A stretch of 64,000 nucleotides of DNA, from contig OY820905.2 in the NCBI GenBank assembly GCA_963555755.3, positions 4,000,001 to 4,064,000 of the forward strand, written 5' to 3'. Made by a program: the position numbers and the translations under genes. This DNA comes from Nitrospirales bacterium. GTDB taxonomy: Bacteria; Nitrospirota; Nitrospiria; Nitrospirales; UBA8639. The notes under the pieces were generated by a model that was given only the letters and a program-made list of their open reading frames with translations, did not search any database and was not told where the DNA came from. Within the stretch, counting starts at the first letter, position 1. Every line of letters starts with the position of its first letter. Positions 31,597 to 41,973 of this stretch are shown here, piece by piece.

Positions 31597-31758
31597 TGGG
31601 TGTCGGCAGCGATGGAAATTTCCGGGCATCGCACTCGATCAGTGTTTGATCGATACAACATCGTCAGTGAACGCGATTTATTGCTAGCTGGGAAATTTTT
31701 AAATCAATGGCAGGAAAAGATTGAAGCGGATTTTATTTTTAAGGAGGAATTCGTTTAA
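31597..31758 (+). pseudogene. Second tyrosine integrase, C-terminal scrap
   Basis: AMEISGHRTRSVFDRYNIVSERDL read from the sequence. Confidence 0.7.
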
Positions 31759-31796
31759 AGTCCTATCTAACTAACATTCGTATGGAGGACTCGACC

Positions 31797-32390
31797 ATGA
31801 AACCCCACCTACTAAGATCCATCACCATATTTATTACTTTCTCCGTGTTTTCCTCATGTGCTCACCAATTTCCTCCATCATCGAAATATTTTTTTTCTGA
31901 CCACGTTTTGCAAGGGTTAGCGGAACAGAAGGCTGAGGACGTTATTCAAGAATTAAAGTTAAAGCGGGATAAGAAATATCTGGAAGATCGGAAAGAAAAC
32001 CAACCATTGGACCCACTTATTTCCAGGGTTGTCGAGAATGTTTCTACTTTTTTTATAGTCTGATGGACCCCGCTTGGGCTTTTGGGATTAACACCGAGTC
32101 TAATACTGAGAAGAAGGTTCCAGAAGAAAAGACAACAGTGGAAACAAAATACCACCAAGACATAGCCTTTCTTGAAACTCAACAAATCCCCCTTAAACAG
32201 GAACTGCTAGACTTATATTTAAAAAAAAACAAGACGAATCGAGAATGGGTTTTCCGTTTGTGTTGAAGGGCAAGAACGGCAATATGTATTTTCGGAGAAC
32301 ACCTTTCTCAGATCTGAAGATGGAAAAGGACCTTGCGAGACAATCTCCATTAACGACCTGAAAACGTTTAAGGATCAGCCACCTAATTAA
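31797..32390 (+). pseudogene. Probable lipoprotein gene broken at homopolymer runs
   Basis: RBS GGAGG, FSSC lipobox-like; frame breaks near the T run (~32050) and A run (~32225). Confidence 0.4.
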
Positions 32391-32472
32391 ATGCCTCCTT
32401 TCATTAATTTTTCCCGCAATTTTGCAAACGGAGTTTTTTTATTACACATTTCAACATCAGAGAGGTTTAGAC

Positions 32473-33558
32473 ATGAAGAATTGGTTGGTTTGGATTGCTC
32501 AAGCACTCAAATTTGCTCTTGTTTTAGTTATGGGATTTACACTTATAGGGTGCGGCCCGCTGCTAACCCTTTACGTTAGCTTAACGACCATCGAGAAAGA
32601 GGAAGCCAATATTGTCACTCCCCTCAAAGACGATGAAATCGCTCAGGTCATTGCAGATAGGTTCGGGCTCATGGCTTTGTTCGCTTATGTTTCATATCGT
32701 AAGGATCTTCTGAAGACAGGAAACCTTACTTCAGCTTGTGATTGGACCAAACCAGCAGCAGAACCTGATAATTATGGCATGCCCAAAAGTGATGCGCAGA
32801 AAGAGGGGAGGTGGCTGCGGTGGAAAGGAAAACATTCCTGTGTAAACGACGAAAGCGGTTTGTTTTATGAGACATATGTATATAAAAAAAACGAGACGGC
32901 CGAAATACAGGAGGCGGTGATATCCTTTAGAGGAACGGAAGACTCATTAGATGACTGGATAACGAACGTCTCTCCCACATTTGGAATTCAACCAGAACAA
33001 TATTTCTTGGCTAGCGAAAAATTACCCGATCTGATCAAGGCCCTCAAGAAAAACAATAAAAAGGTCAAGATATATGCGGCTGGTCATTCGTTAGGCGGAG
33101 GTTTGGCTCAGCAGGCCGGTTATCAATTTAAAGATATTCTCGAAGTATTTACCTTCAATACCTCGCCTGTCACCAATTGGACCTATTTAAGATTTAGAGG
33201 CAAGGTACAAAAAGAGTATCCCACGGTCTACAGGATCTATCATGGTGGGGAAATCCTTGAGAAACTTCGCTTCTTCACCACGAGCTTCACTTCTACAAGT
33301 TATCGTCGATACGATTTGGGCATTCAATTCCACCCAAGAAAAATTATCAAAGGACATTCTATGAAAATACTCGTATGTGGTTTCGCGGCGATTATCGCTT
33401 CGGATGGGGATAATCCACACGATGCCGCGCATCACTATGGAAGGAAGTACGTTCGAGACAAGATCCTAGAAGACCCCAACACTCAAGACAAGGACCTAGC
33501 AAACCCCAAAATCTGTGGCTCCGACTCCATAGAAATGGTCAACCAGGACAAACTTTGA
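32473..33558 (+). CDS. Lipase class 3-like alpha/beta hydrolase lipoprotein
   Basis: LIGC lipobox, ISFRGTE, AGHSLGGGLAQ, FNTSP, GHSM. Confidence 0.85.
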   Translation: MKNWLVWIAQALKFALVLVMGFTLIGCGPLLTLYVSLTTIEKEEANIVTPLKDDEIAQVIADRFGLMALFAYVSYRKDLLKTGNLTSACDWTKPAAEPDNYGMPKSDAQKEGRWLRWKGKHSCVNDESGLFYETYVYKKNETAEIQEAVISFRGTEDSLDDWITNVSPTFGIQPEQYFLASEKLPDLIKALKKNNKKVKIYAAGHSLGGGLAQQAGYQFKDILEVFTFNTSPVTNWTYLRFRGKVQKEYPTVYRIYHGGEILEKLRFFTTSFTSTSYRRYDLGIQFHPRKIIKGHSMKILVCGFAAIIASDGDNPHDAAHHYGRKYVRDKILEDPNTQDKDLANPKICGSDSIEMVNQDKL

Positions 33559-33683
33559 TCCGAAAAAATCAGAAAAAGATTGATTCCATATCAACATTTA
33601 TTATCCCAATTAGAAATGTGGGCAGGTCTTGTTTTTTGTATCGAAAGATACTTGATCTGATTGAAATTCTTTAACTTGGTATT

Positions 33684-33795
33684 CCCCGTAGCTTGCTACG
33701 GGGTTCCCGCTTAGGTCCCCCCTTTGGAAAAGGGGGGTAGGGGGATTTTCAAAATCATATTGTTCCTCTGAATACCCCGTCAGCTTGCTGCGGGG
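33684..33795. repeat. Paired REP-like hairpins around a third palindrome
   Basis: CCCCGTAGCTTGCTACGGGG (33684-33703), CCCCGTCAGCTTGCTGCGGGG (33775-33795), CCCCCCTT-TGGAA-AAGGGGGG between them. Confidence 0.7.
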
Positions 33796-34386
33796 ATCTT
33801 TTATTGACCAGTGTCTACAGTCAGATATTTGGATTTACGAGGTGCGCTGTTGAATTTTCCTCACCAAACTCATCCACTTCTCGTGACGCTGGGAGTCGTG
33901 GTCTTGAACATGAGGAACTCGTTTAATCGTTTCCACATAATCGGGTGGGAATAGGAATTTTAAAAGGCTTTTTTGACTGGACCGCAAAGTACCAAAGAAC
34001 TCGGTGAAGGGTCAATCCGCAGACTCCGCCGTCTGAAATGTGGGAGTACATCCAGGGAGGAGGGGCTGACTGGCCCTTTTGCCCAGGTTCATGTCAGTTC
34101 TAGAAAACCAAACGCAGCACAATCCTGCTGTTAGGCACTGGCTTAGTCGGCCTCATTGGCTACCGGATGAAGAAAGCACAAGCGTAAACGCATAGTCGAT
34201 AATTTAGTCACAGAAACAGAGAGCCTCATCGTTGCGGCGGTGGGGCTTTTTCTTTGAATGGTTAGGTAGCGCGTCTCTGCTTCAGTATGGAATCCCTCCT
34301 GGCGCATTCTCGCGTGTTTCAGACGTGTCCACAATTTCGGGGATAGACCAATTTGACTATAGCCGTGGGTCCTCACCAAGGCACTC

Positions 34387-35789
34387 AGTATTTTCCAATC
34401 CGTAAATGAGTCTGGACTGAGGGAGAGCCGGGAGTGAGTCATCCGGTGTTCCGAGTCCGTTCATGAATCATGGTGAATAAATGCTGGCGGGCCTTTTGGA
34501 GCCGGTCCGCCGCTTGGGTATCACTGAGCTGATGCGCGATGGCATCGAGTATTTCAAAGGTGAGGCCGGGTTGCAACCGTGTGGCGGCCTGTGGGAGCGA
34601 TTTGAATTTGTCATAGGGGGTCATCATCGTCTCATAGCGATAGATCTTGCGTTGTTTGCCCTTCTGATCTGTCCGGATCTCTGGGAAGAAGCAGGGCCGA
34701 TGATAGTTGAGAGAGGGATGGAGGTGTTCTTGATTAAAGGTATTGATGAGTGGGGCCCAGCGTTGGGGAATATGGCCATAGCCAAACAGCTTCCGCACCA
34801 CGGCCCCGTTTTTACTTTCAGCAAGGGCATTGTCATGGGTTTGGCGGGCGCGGGATTTGGTGAATGCGATCAAGAGCTTGCCCAGGAGCGCGGCCACCCG
34901 CCCATTGATATATTCCGAGCCATTATCCGAATGGAAGCCACAGAGGCGGAAGGGAAACGCTGCGAGGAGTTGCTCCAGGGCCGGGATGAGATAGTGTTCA
35001 CTAATTTTCTCTCCCGTACAGATCACTTCGAATTGGGTGACCTCATCGACCGCATTGATATGGTAGACCCCTTTCTGTTTATCCCAATCTCCCTGATGCA
35101 CGGTGTCGATGCGGATAAACCCTGGCTGCCCGGCGGGGTGCGGTTTGCGGCGCTCGCCAATGCTTGAGCGTGTGGGCCGCGGTTTCTCGACCTGCCGTCG
35201 CTGGCGCAGATACGGCGTGGATTTCCGTAAGTTGTACACATGCCCGATCGAAATGAACGCTAGGCGTTCGTAGACCGCTTCACCAAAAATCTGATAGGCC
35301 CGCTCACACAGTTTCTTGATCGCAGGCCCACTGGGCGTGTCATGGCGTTCATCCATCGCCGCCAGCAAACAACTATCCTCCATGGTGTACCGGCGAGCAA
35401 AGCCCTGCACGGTGCGTTGACGGCGCGTCACCCGCCCGGTCTGACGATAGTGGTGAATCAGCCGAGTGAGTTGCTGCCGAGAATATCCGCTCATCTTCAG
35501 CAGATAGCGGATGACGATGCCTTTGTGAGGCTTGGCGAGAGTCAGGTACTCAAATTTGATCAGGATCCCTTGAATCCACTGATACCGCTCATCCTTGGTG
35601 CTCAGCACGGAAAAGGTGACGGGTTGGGTCCCTGCCAGGAAATCTTCCAGTTGGTCTACAGTCTTGAGCGCATGGATATTCATGATGGTGTTCATCCTCC
35701 CATCATGAACGAACTTCAGTTGGATTTCAGACTCATTTCATGTTAGAAACACGGCCGCCCTTCAGACTCATTTCATATTGGAAGAGACT
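34387..35789 (-). mobile_element. Insertion sequence with integrase-core DDE transposase (IS481-related / unclassified)
   Basis: Imperfect TIR AGTATTTTCCAATCCGTAAATGAGTCTG vs AGTCTCTTCCAATATGAAATGAGTCTG; 5-bp TSD CACTC. Confidence 0.88.
34439..35695 (-). CDS. DDE (rve-type) transposase
   Basis: IRIDTVH, FHSDNGSEYIN, DNALAESKN. Confidence 0.9.
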   Translation of the reverse strand: MNTIMNIHALKTVDQLEDFLAGTQPVTFSVLSTKDERYQWIQGILIKFEYLTLAKPHKGIVIRYLLKMSGYSRQQLTRLIHHYRQTGRVTRRQRTVQGFARRYTMEDSCLLAAMDERHDTPSGPAIKKLCERAYQIFGEAVYERLAFISIGHVYNLRKSTPYLRQRRQVEKPRPTRSSIGERRKPHPAGQPGFIRIDTVHQGDWDKQKGVYHINAVDEVTQFEVICTGEKISEHYLIPALEQLLAAFPFRLCGFHSDNGSEYINGRVAALLGKLLIAFTKSRARQTHDNALAESKNGAVVRKLFGYGHIPQRWAPLINTFNQEHLHPSLNYHRPCFFPEIRTDQKGKQRKIYRYETMMTPYDKFKSLPQAATRLQPGLTFEILDAIAHQLSDTQAADRLQKARQHLFTMIHERTRNTG

Positions 35790-36016
35790 CACTCTATCTT
35801 TTCTGCCGGTTACCTGATATGCTAATTTTACTTTATCGCGTTGGGCCTGGTGATGAGGCGAAAATAAACAAGGTCCCTAACCGATATTGTTTTGTCTAGG
35901 AGTTCATTCGGAAGTTAGCCCCTAACCGCATCAGTTTTGCGTCAACGGATCCCACCTTCCCCATCTTTGTTCTCTCTAAAACAAGACAGTGTCCTATTTT
36001 TCAAAGGAGGAACCTC

Positions 36017-36337
36017 ATGGGTTCAAAAATTTATGTAGGTGGATTACCGTATTCCGCGACTGAGTCTCAAGTTGAGACATTATTCGGCGAACATGGAACC
36101 GTAGAGTCCGCACGAGTGATCACGGATAAGTATACCGGACAATCTCGCGGGTTTGGTTTTGTGGAAATGTCATCCCCGAGTGAAGCGCAAGCGGCTATTA
36201 CGGCCTTGCACTCCACAGAGATGGATGGCCGCACCTTAACCGTGAACGAAGCCAAACCAATGGCCCCTCGCTCCGGTGGAGGAGGATTTGGCGGTGACCG
36301 AGGAGACGATAGAGGAGGCAGGCAGAGCCGGTTTTAA
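36017..36337 (+). CDS. RRM RNA-binding protein with Gly-rich tail
   Basis: RNP2 IYVGGL, RNP1 RGFGFVEM; RBS AAGGAGG. Confidence 0.95.
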   Translation: MGSKIYVGGLPYSATESQVETLFGEHGTVESARVITDKYTGQSRGFGFVEMSSPSEAQAAITALHSTEMDGRTLTVNEAKPMAPRSGGGGFGGDRGDDRGGRQSRF

Positions 36338-36360
36338 TCGTCACTAGGTAATCTCTTTAT

Positions 36361-36406
36361 AAGCGGAGCGGCTGGTTTGAAAAGGTGGCCACTCCGCTTT
36401 TCTTTT
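36361..36406 (+). terminator. Intrinsic terminator
   Basis: AAGCGGAG...CTCCGCTTTTCTTTT. Confidence 0.75.
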
Positions 36407-36675
36407 GAACGGCGAACCCACTGTATGTCGTCAGAACAATTTGGACTTGGAGCGCAAGGAATATAAGGAATAGGATGGTGCCCTGGTTCTTTGTATTATG
36501 GACATTCAACTGACGCTTCCCAAACCGCAAAAATTTTCCGCGATCCCTCTAGCCCAAACCCCTCCAAGTAAACCTTGTGAATCGAATTCCGCAGCATATC
36601 CTCCAGTATGCGGCCCCACTTGTTCCCCGCCGAGGGGCCTTTTCATTTTCCTTAAGCCCTAGGACTTGACCTTGT

Positions 36676-36861
36676 TTACTGTCGTGACTCTCGCCAAATC
36701 AAAATAGCTAACCCGCCCGCAATGATGGCTCCGACAATACTGACCCACGGGGGGATAATGATGCCATTGACGATGACTTCCCAGCCTTGAATGATGCGCA
36801 TCAGATGAACGACGGCAACCAAGGCAAAGACGACAACTACGATAGTGCTAACGGGTTTCAT
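36676..36861 (-). CDS. Small two-TM membrane protein
   Basis: Two hydrophobic helices; HLMRI, IPPWVS. Confidence 0.7.
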   Translation of the reverse strand: MKPVSTIVVVVFALVAVVHLMRIIQGWEVIVNGIIIPPWVSIVGAIIAGGLAILIWRESRQ

Positions 36862-37252
36862 TGGAAAACTTAGGTAAGTAGCTTCACGTCTTAGGCAACG
36901 GGGTCATTGGGGCAACTACCCTATTCTTACTCACACCAATCCTTCCCCTTCGTCCCCCCATCATAAAGAACCGCTAATTGCCGTTCAATTAGCAAGTCTG
37001 AATTACAGCCAAAAACTGCTATTTTCGCTTTGCCCCGCACAGGACTCACTAATCCCGCACAGGTCCCGTATCCCCTCATCCACCTAACTCCCTAATTTCT
37101 CTCACATTCCATCCTTCACTAAATTGCCATCCTGTTTGCTCCATCAATTCATGGATCGTGCAGAAGATGCTCATTTCACGTATTTTCCAAGGCCCTATTA
37201 ATTGTCTACAATCTTGGTATGAACAACGTCTATCTATGAATGGTGATAAATC

Positions 37253-37747
37253 GTGGGTTTCAAAAAAGAAATTGCAAAGTTTTTTCAGTCAGCCCTCAAA
37301 ATGAAGAAACGGGAATACAAAACCTTTCATCAACGTCAGGCAGAACGCTTTCGACCCATGAAAGACCTTTTACCAAAAATGCTTGCTGGCATGGATGCCG
37401 AGTTTATTAAAGTGTCTGTTTCCGATGTTAAAGCTAGTGTCAAAATTGGAACGCGTGCAACCAATTCAGGTGATTTTGAAACGCATATGCAATGGGATAT
37501 TTCCCCAAATTATGAGATTCGATCGGAGGCTCAACCAGAAGGACGGGTTTTTTTCGAAGTGGACCTTCCAGGATATAGAATTGAGGAAATAAACCGTCTT
37601 AGAGGATTGGAAGATGAAGAATCTGAAGACCATATTATTTTTGAGAATGGACGCGAAGCCTTAGGATATTTAGTCGATAAAACCTTAGGAAAAATTGCGC
37701 TGTATCGACAACTGGAGGCAACTCCACAACCTTCAGGAAAACTATAA
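37253..37747 (+). CDS. Hypothetical protein
   Basis: 164-aa ORF in an AT-rich region, protein-like composition. Confidence 0.6.
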   Translation: MGFKKEIAKFFQSALKMKKREYKTFHQRQAERFRPMKDLLPKMLAGMDAEFIKVSVSDVKASVKIGTRATNSGDFETHMQWDISPNYEIRSEAQPEGRVFFEVDLPGYRIEEINRLRGLEDEESEDHIIFENGREALGYLVDKTLGKIALYRQLEATPQPSGKL

Positions 37748-38546
37748 CCGACAAGAAATAATAAAACCTGCCTTGAGTGCTTACCTGTTCCGATCATCGA
37801 CTTCTCCCCCCGTATATTTCTAGCCCGACCTATCCATCATGCCCCAAGGAGATCGTCTGGAAACTGGGAGCCTGTGGACCGATTATTGAATAAAACAGGC
37901 ACTATTCAATTACCCCATTGTGCTTGGACAGTTCACGATACCCCTCAAAAGAGGGGGAGGGTTGATTCCCACATCAAAGAAGGTTTCAGGATTGACTACC
38001 ATGGAGGCCGATCCTTGAGGTAAGCTTGTTTCGTTTCAGCACATGTTGGACAAATAGGAGGGATTGTTAAGGTGAGGTTTGGCTCATCGTATTTCGTGAA
38101 AGGAGCGACGGTGAAGCCAAAACAGGACACCAAAGTTGAAGCGGATAAACCGGTCTGAGACATCAAACGGGCCACGAGTGCGGAGAGTGAGTCGTCAAGA
38201 ACAACGAGGCAGCTCCGTTTCGCGTGTCGTGGTGGGATGATTATACGTATATTAACCTAGTAGGCCATTTCCAAAAAATAGCAAGTGTCATACAAGGGGT
38301 CCGGCCTTTGACCCTTCAACGAACGAATTGTGGGATCGACTTTTTGCAGGAGCAAATTTTCGTGGGTTATTTGAACGATCAGGCGGCGTGCGACGAGGTG
38401 TTAAATAGGTGTTAGAAATACAGACATACTGGTGGGAATTGAGGCAGAGAGAGGCAAAGTGAGGCAAAGAGGCAATCTACGAATAGGAAGGCGGGGAGAG
38501 GGAATTGCCCGTCTTTACTAGCGTTGAGCAATTCCCCCTCATCTTA

Positions 38547-38593
38547 TTCGTAAACCGTAGGTCGGTGGTTCAACCCCACTCGCCGGCTCCATT
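38547..38593 (+). repeat. att site: duplicated 3' half of tRNA-Thr
   Basis: Exact copy of 22139-22185. Confidence 0.95.
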
Positions 38594-38973
38594 TTATTCT
38601 TGATCAAGTTCTCGTGTACCTATCAGAGGTTCTCATCCTGGCGTTCCCTGTATTTTCCCATTTCGGAATTGATGCCGAATCTATCGCCTCAATTCATCTA
38701 ACATATTGAAATTAATGGTTTTTTCTAGCGTGTGGTCACGCGTCTGAGTTGTTGTTTACGTAAAAGAATTCTCAATTCTTGGGCCAATTTGTCTCGGTTC
38801 TGGCCAGAAAAGGCAGGTTGGTGTTCATTAGGATTAAGTCTTGACGGAAAGGAACCGATATCAATAATAGAGAGTAATGAACAGTACTGAAGGGTAACGA
38901 GGAGAAATTTGGTCCGTATTGAAGAGGTATGTAAGAGGCTACGAGTACGCTGCGGGGGTAAGGAAATAACCGA

Positions 38974-40668
38974 ATGACTGTTCTCGCTCCAACAACAGAG
39001 GTCATGAGTGTTCCAGGAAACGAAGTCCTTTTAGACCGGCTGCCTCTCGGAGTCTGTCTTTTGCGACAGGACTGGACGGTTGTCTTTTGGAATCGATGTC
39101 TTGAAAGTTGGAGTGGTCTCCCTCGAACCAGCATTGTGGGGCAATCCTTATTGGCCATGTTTCCCTTTCTCGTCCTCACGGAATATGAAAAATATCTTCA
39201 AAAGATTTTTGATGGAGGGGAGGCTACCGTCCTTTCATCAGCAGAGCATGGTCCCGTGTTTAGGTTTGGGCCGGGCCGGAGGGAGAACCGATTTCAGCAT
39301 GTGCACATCACGGGTGTTCCGTCTGATGAAATCGATGGTGTGTATGCCATGATTTCCGTTGAAGATGTCACGGATATGTGGCTTCAGGTGAAAGGGTATC
39401 AAGCGTCGGAGGCGCAGGCCAAACAGGACCTGAGTGATCGGCGAATGGCTGAAGCGGCACTGACTCGCTTAGGTCGGTTTCATGAATTGATTCTTCAATC
39501 CGCGGGAAATGGAATCTTTGGGCTCGATCGTGACGGAAATACCTTATTTGCGAATCCGGCCGCTGCCAATATGTTAGGCTGGGATATTGAGGATATCGTT
39601 GGCGAATGCATGCATACTATTCTTGGTCACCATTGTCCTTTAGAACATGGGAATGATGGCGATGGCTGTTTTCTCTCGGCCCCCCTTGAGGAAGGCCGGT
39701 ACCAGCTTGTAACCGAAGACTGGTTTCAGAAAAAAGATGGCACACGTTTTCCCGTGGAATATCTTGGCGCCCCTATCGTGGAGGGGGGAGAAATCGTGGG
39801 GGCTGTCGTGACCTTCAGCGATATTTCCTGCCGCCGAATTTTGGAGCAAAAAGTATTGCGGTATACGATGCAGCTCGAAGAAGAGGTCGACTTGAGAACC
39901 AGTCGCATTCGAGAACTGGAACAGCGTCGTATGGAAGTGGAGAAGTTGGCGGCGTTAGCGCAAATGGCGGCCGGTGTGGCCCACGAAATTAATAACCCGC
40001 TTGCCGGGATCAAAAACGCGTTCCATCTGGTAAAAGGCGCTATTCCAAAAACCCATCCGCGTGTCAGTTACGTCGGTAAGATCGAGAACGAGATTGATCG
40101 TATTTCCGGAATCATCAAGCGGATGTATCAACTCTATCAGCCTGATCCTGCGGTGTTGCGTGCCGTGAATCTCACGGAAATGTTGCAGGATGTGTCGTTA
40201 ATGGTAGAACCCGTCTTGAAGCATCACGACATCACATTGGAGATTTTGACACCGCCCTCCCTGCCGCTCATGCGGTTACCCGTTCGAGATATTACCCAGG
40301 TACTCTGTAATCTTGTGCAAAATGCGGTTCAGGCTTCTTTCGGGAAGCAGGCCATTCGTCTTGCGGTTGAAACGGATAATCAGTGGATTCGGATTGCGGT
40401 CAGTGATCAGGCTGGAGGGATATCGGACGATATTCTCCCCCATATCTTTGAACCATTTTTTACGACGAAATCAGGTAGTGGGCAAGGAGGAATGGGGTTG
40501 GGGCTGTCCGTGTCACGAAGTTTGATTGAAGCGTTGGGCGGTCGAATAGAAGTGCGGACTATGGCGAAGGAGGGGAGTACCTTTATCGTGCACATACCCC
40601 ACGCGATGGAGGGGGGGGAAGATCCCAGTGAACAACTGAGAGTAACCAAGGAGGAGGTCCATGGGTAG
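38974..40668 (+). CDS. PAS-PAS sensor histidine kinase
   Basis: AHEINNPL H-box, NLVQNA, DQAGG, FEPFFTTK, GLGL. Confidence 0.93.
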   Translation: MTVLAPTTEVMSVPGNEVLLDRLPLGVCLLRQDWTVVFWNRCLESWSGLPRTSIVGQSLLAMFPFLVLTEYEKYLQKIFDGGEATVLSSAEHGPVFRFGPGRRENRFQHVHITGVPSDEIDGVYAMISVEDVTDMWLQVKGYQASEAQAKQDLSDRRMAEAALTRLGRFHELILQSAGNGIFGLDRDGNTLFANPAAANMLGWDIEDIVGECMHTILGHHCPLEHGNDGDGCFLSAPLEEGRYQLVTEDWFQKKDGTRFPVEYLGAPIVEGGEIVGAVVTFSDISCRRILEQKVLRYTMQLEEEVDLRTSRIRELEQRRMEVEKLAALAQMAAGVAHEINNPLAGIKNAFHLVKGAIPKTHPRVSYVGKIENEIDRISGIIKRMYQLYQPDPAVLRAVNLTEMLQDVSLMVEPVLKHHDITLEILTPPSLPLMRLPVRDITQVLCNLVQNAVQASFGKQAIRLAVETDNQWIRIAVSDQAGGISDDILPHIFEPFFTTKSGSGQGGMGLGLSVSRSLIEALGGRIEVRTMAKEGSTFIVHIPHAMEGGEDPSEQLRVTKEEVHG

Positions 40669-41437
40669 CGCCGCAAAAATTTTGCTGGCCGATGATGAGC
40701 AGACGTTTTTATATTCAACCGCAGATCTGTTACGAGATCAGGGGTATGAGTGTGATTGTGCGATGGACGCAGAAGAGGCGAATGCCCTGTTGCAACGGGC
40801 CGAATATGATTTGTTGATCAGTGATATCAATATGCCCGGCAATGGGCAATTGGAATTTCTGAACGCCGTCCATGGTGAACAGCAGGGGTTGCCGGTCATT
40901 ATGATTACGGGATACCCATCGGTTGAAACGGCCGTTCACTCCTTTCGATTGTCCGCGGTCGATTACCTGCAAAAACCGATCGATATTGACGAGTTACTCG
41001 GGTTAATCGATCCTGCCGTGCAGAAGGGACAATTGGCGCGGAGGGTTCGAAAAACAAAAGAAGAGATGCAAGGGCTGGTTGGCATTCTTGAAACACTGGA
41101 GAATGTTGGGGCGACCGGAAGAACCGGTTCCAGCCTAGATGATGGATCATTCGCGCTCAGTGCGTATCTTGATCAGGCTGTCAGTCATCTGGCCACGGTG
41201 TCCGTGGGATTAAAAGCTACCATCGATACGATCAAAAATTCTGGGGTGGGAGAAGAGACCGAATTGAACATCAGGGGGGTCTGTCCACGATGTCAGAGTT
41301 ACCGAGAGGTCCTGTATCATACGATCCAGGTGTTAATGAGGACCAAAGATGCCTTTAAGTCCAAGACTCTAGGTGAATTGCGCCGGCAAGTAGAAATCGT
41401 ATTAGAAGATCCTCAAACTCTGATGAAAAAGGCTTAA
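40661..41437 (+). CDS. Response regulator with unrecognised output domain
   Basis: ILLADDE, SDINMPG, ITG, QKP. Confidence 0.9.
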   Translation: MGSAAKILLADDEQTFLYSTADLLRDQGYECDCAMDAEEANALLQRAEYDLLISDINMPGNGQLEFLNAVHGEQQGLPVIMITGYPSVETAVHSFRLSAVDYLQKPIDIDELLGLIDPAVQKGQLARRVRKTKEEMQGLVGILETLENVGATGRTGSSLDDGSFALSAYLDQAVSHLATVSVGLKATIDTIKNSGVGEETELNIRGVCPRCQSYREVLYHTIQVLMRTKDAFKSKTLGELRRQVEIVLEDPQTLMKKA

Positions 41438-41784
41438 GTTTTCCTGGGCAAGACCGAAAAGAGTAAACAGAGGGAAACGGAGACGATAGATCATCTGATG
41501 TGCCTAACGAATGGCTTTAGGTCGGAAGTTGAGGCGCTACAACTGGGCTTCCAGCCAAGCAAACAGGGGAATTGGACCTGTTGGTTGATGGCATGAGGGA
41601 AGGCCTTTCACAATACTGGTGAAGGTCTTGCGTTGTGCTTTTTTTTTGCAAGGCGCAAAGCAGGAACGGCGAGGAGACTGAGACCGTGAATCCACGCACT
41701 GGACAGGACAAAGCGAGTGCAGGCCGATCCCTCATACTCTAGTCTGACCTTCTCCGGGTTTTCTTGTTAGGAAAGGAGACTCCC

Positions 41785-41973
41785 ATGTTTAACGAAGGAA
41801 TTCTCACCATCTCCGATGTGGCCAGCTTTTTAAAGATCCCCAAATCATCGGTGTATAAACTCATCCATGACGGTGGGTTGCCTGCCCATAAAGTTGGGAA
41901 GCATTTTCGAATGGTGCAGGGTGAGGTCAAGGAATGGCTGTATCAGGGCGGACTGAGCGCGCCCAAACTCTAA
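41785..41973 (+). CDS. Excisionase-like (HTH_17) DNA-binding protein
   Basis: ILTISDVASFLKIPKSSVYKL...LPAHKVGKHFR; RBS AAGGAG. Confidence 0.85.
   Translation: MFNEGILTISDVASFLKIPKSSVYKLIHDGGLPAHKVGKHFRMVQGEVKEWLYQGGLSAPKL

Larger units (their letters stand above)
22139..38593. mobile_element. Genomic island integrated at tRNA-Thr
   Basis: 47-bp direct repeat 22139-22185 = 38547-38593; integrase remnant next to the tRNA. Confidence 0.9.

Noticed and set aside
38547..38593. Second tRNA gene
   Set aside because: Only the 3' half is present; it is the att duplication
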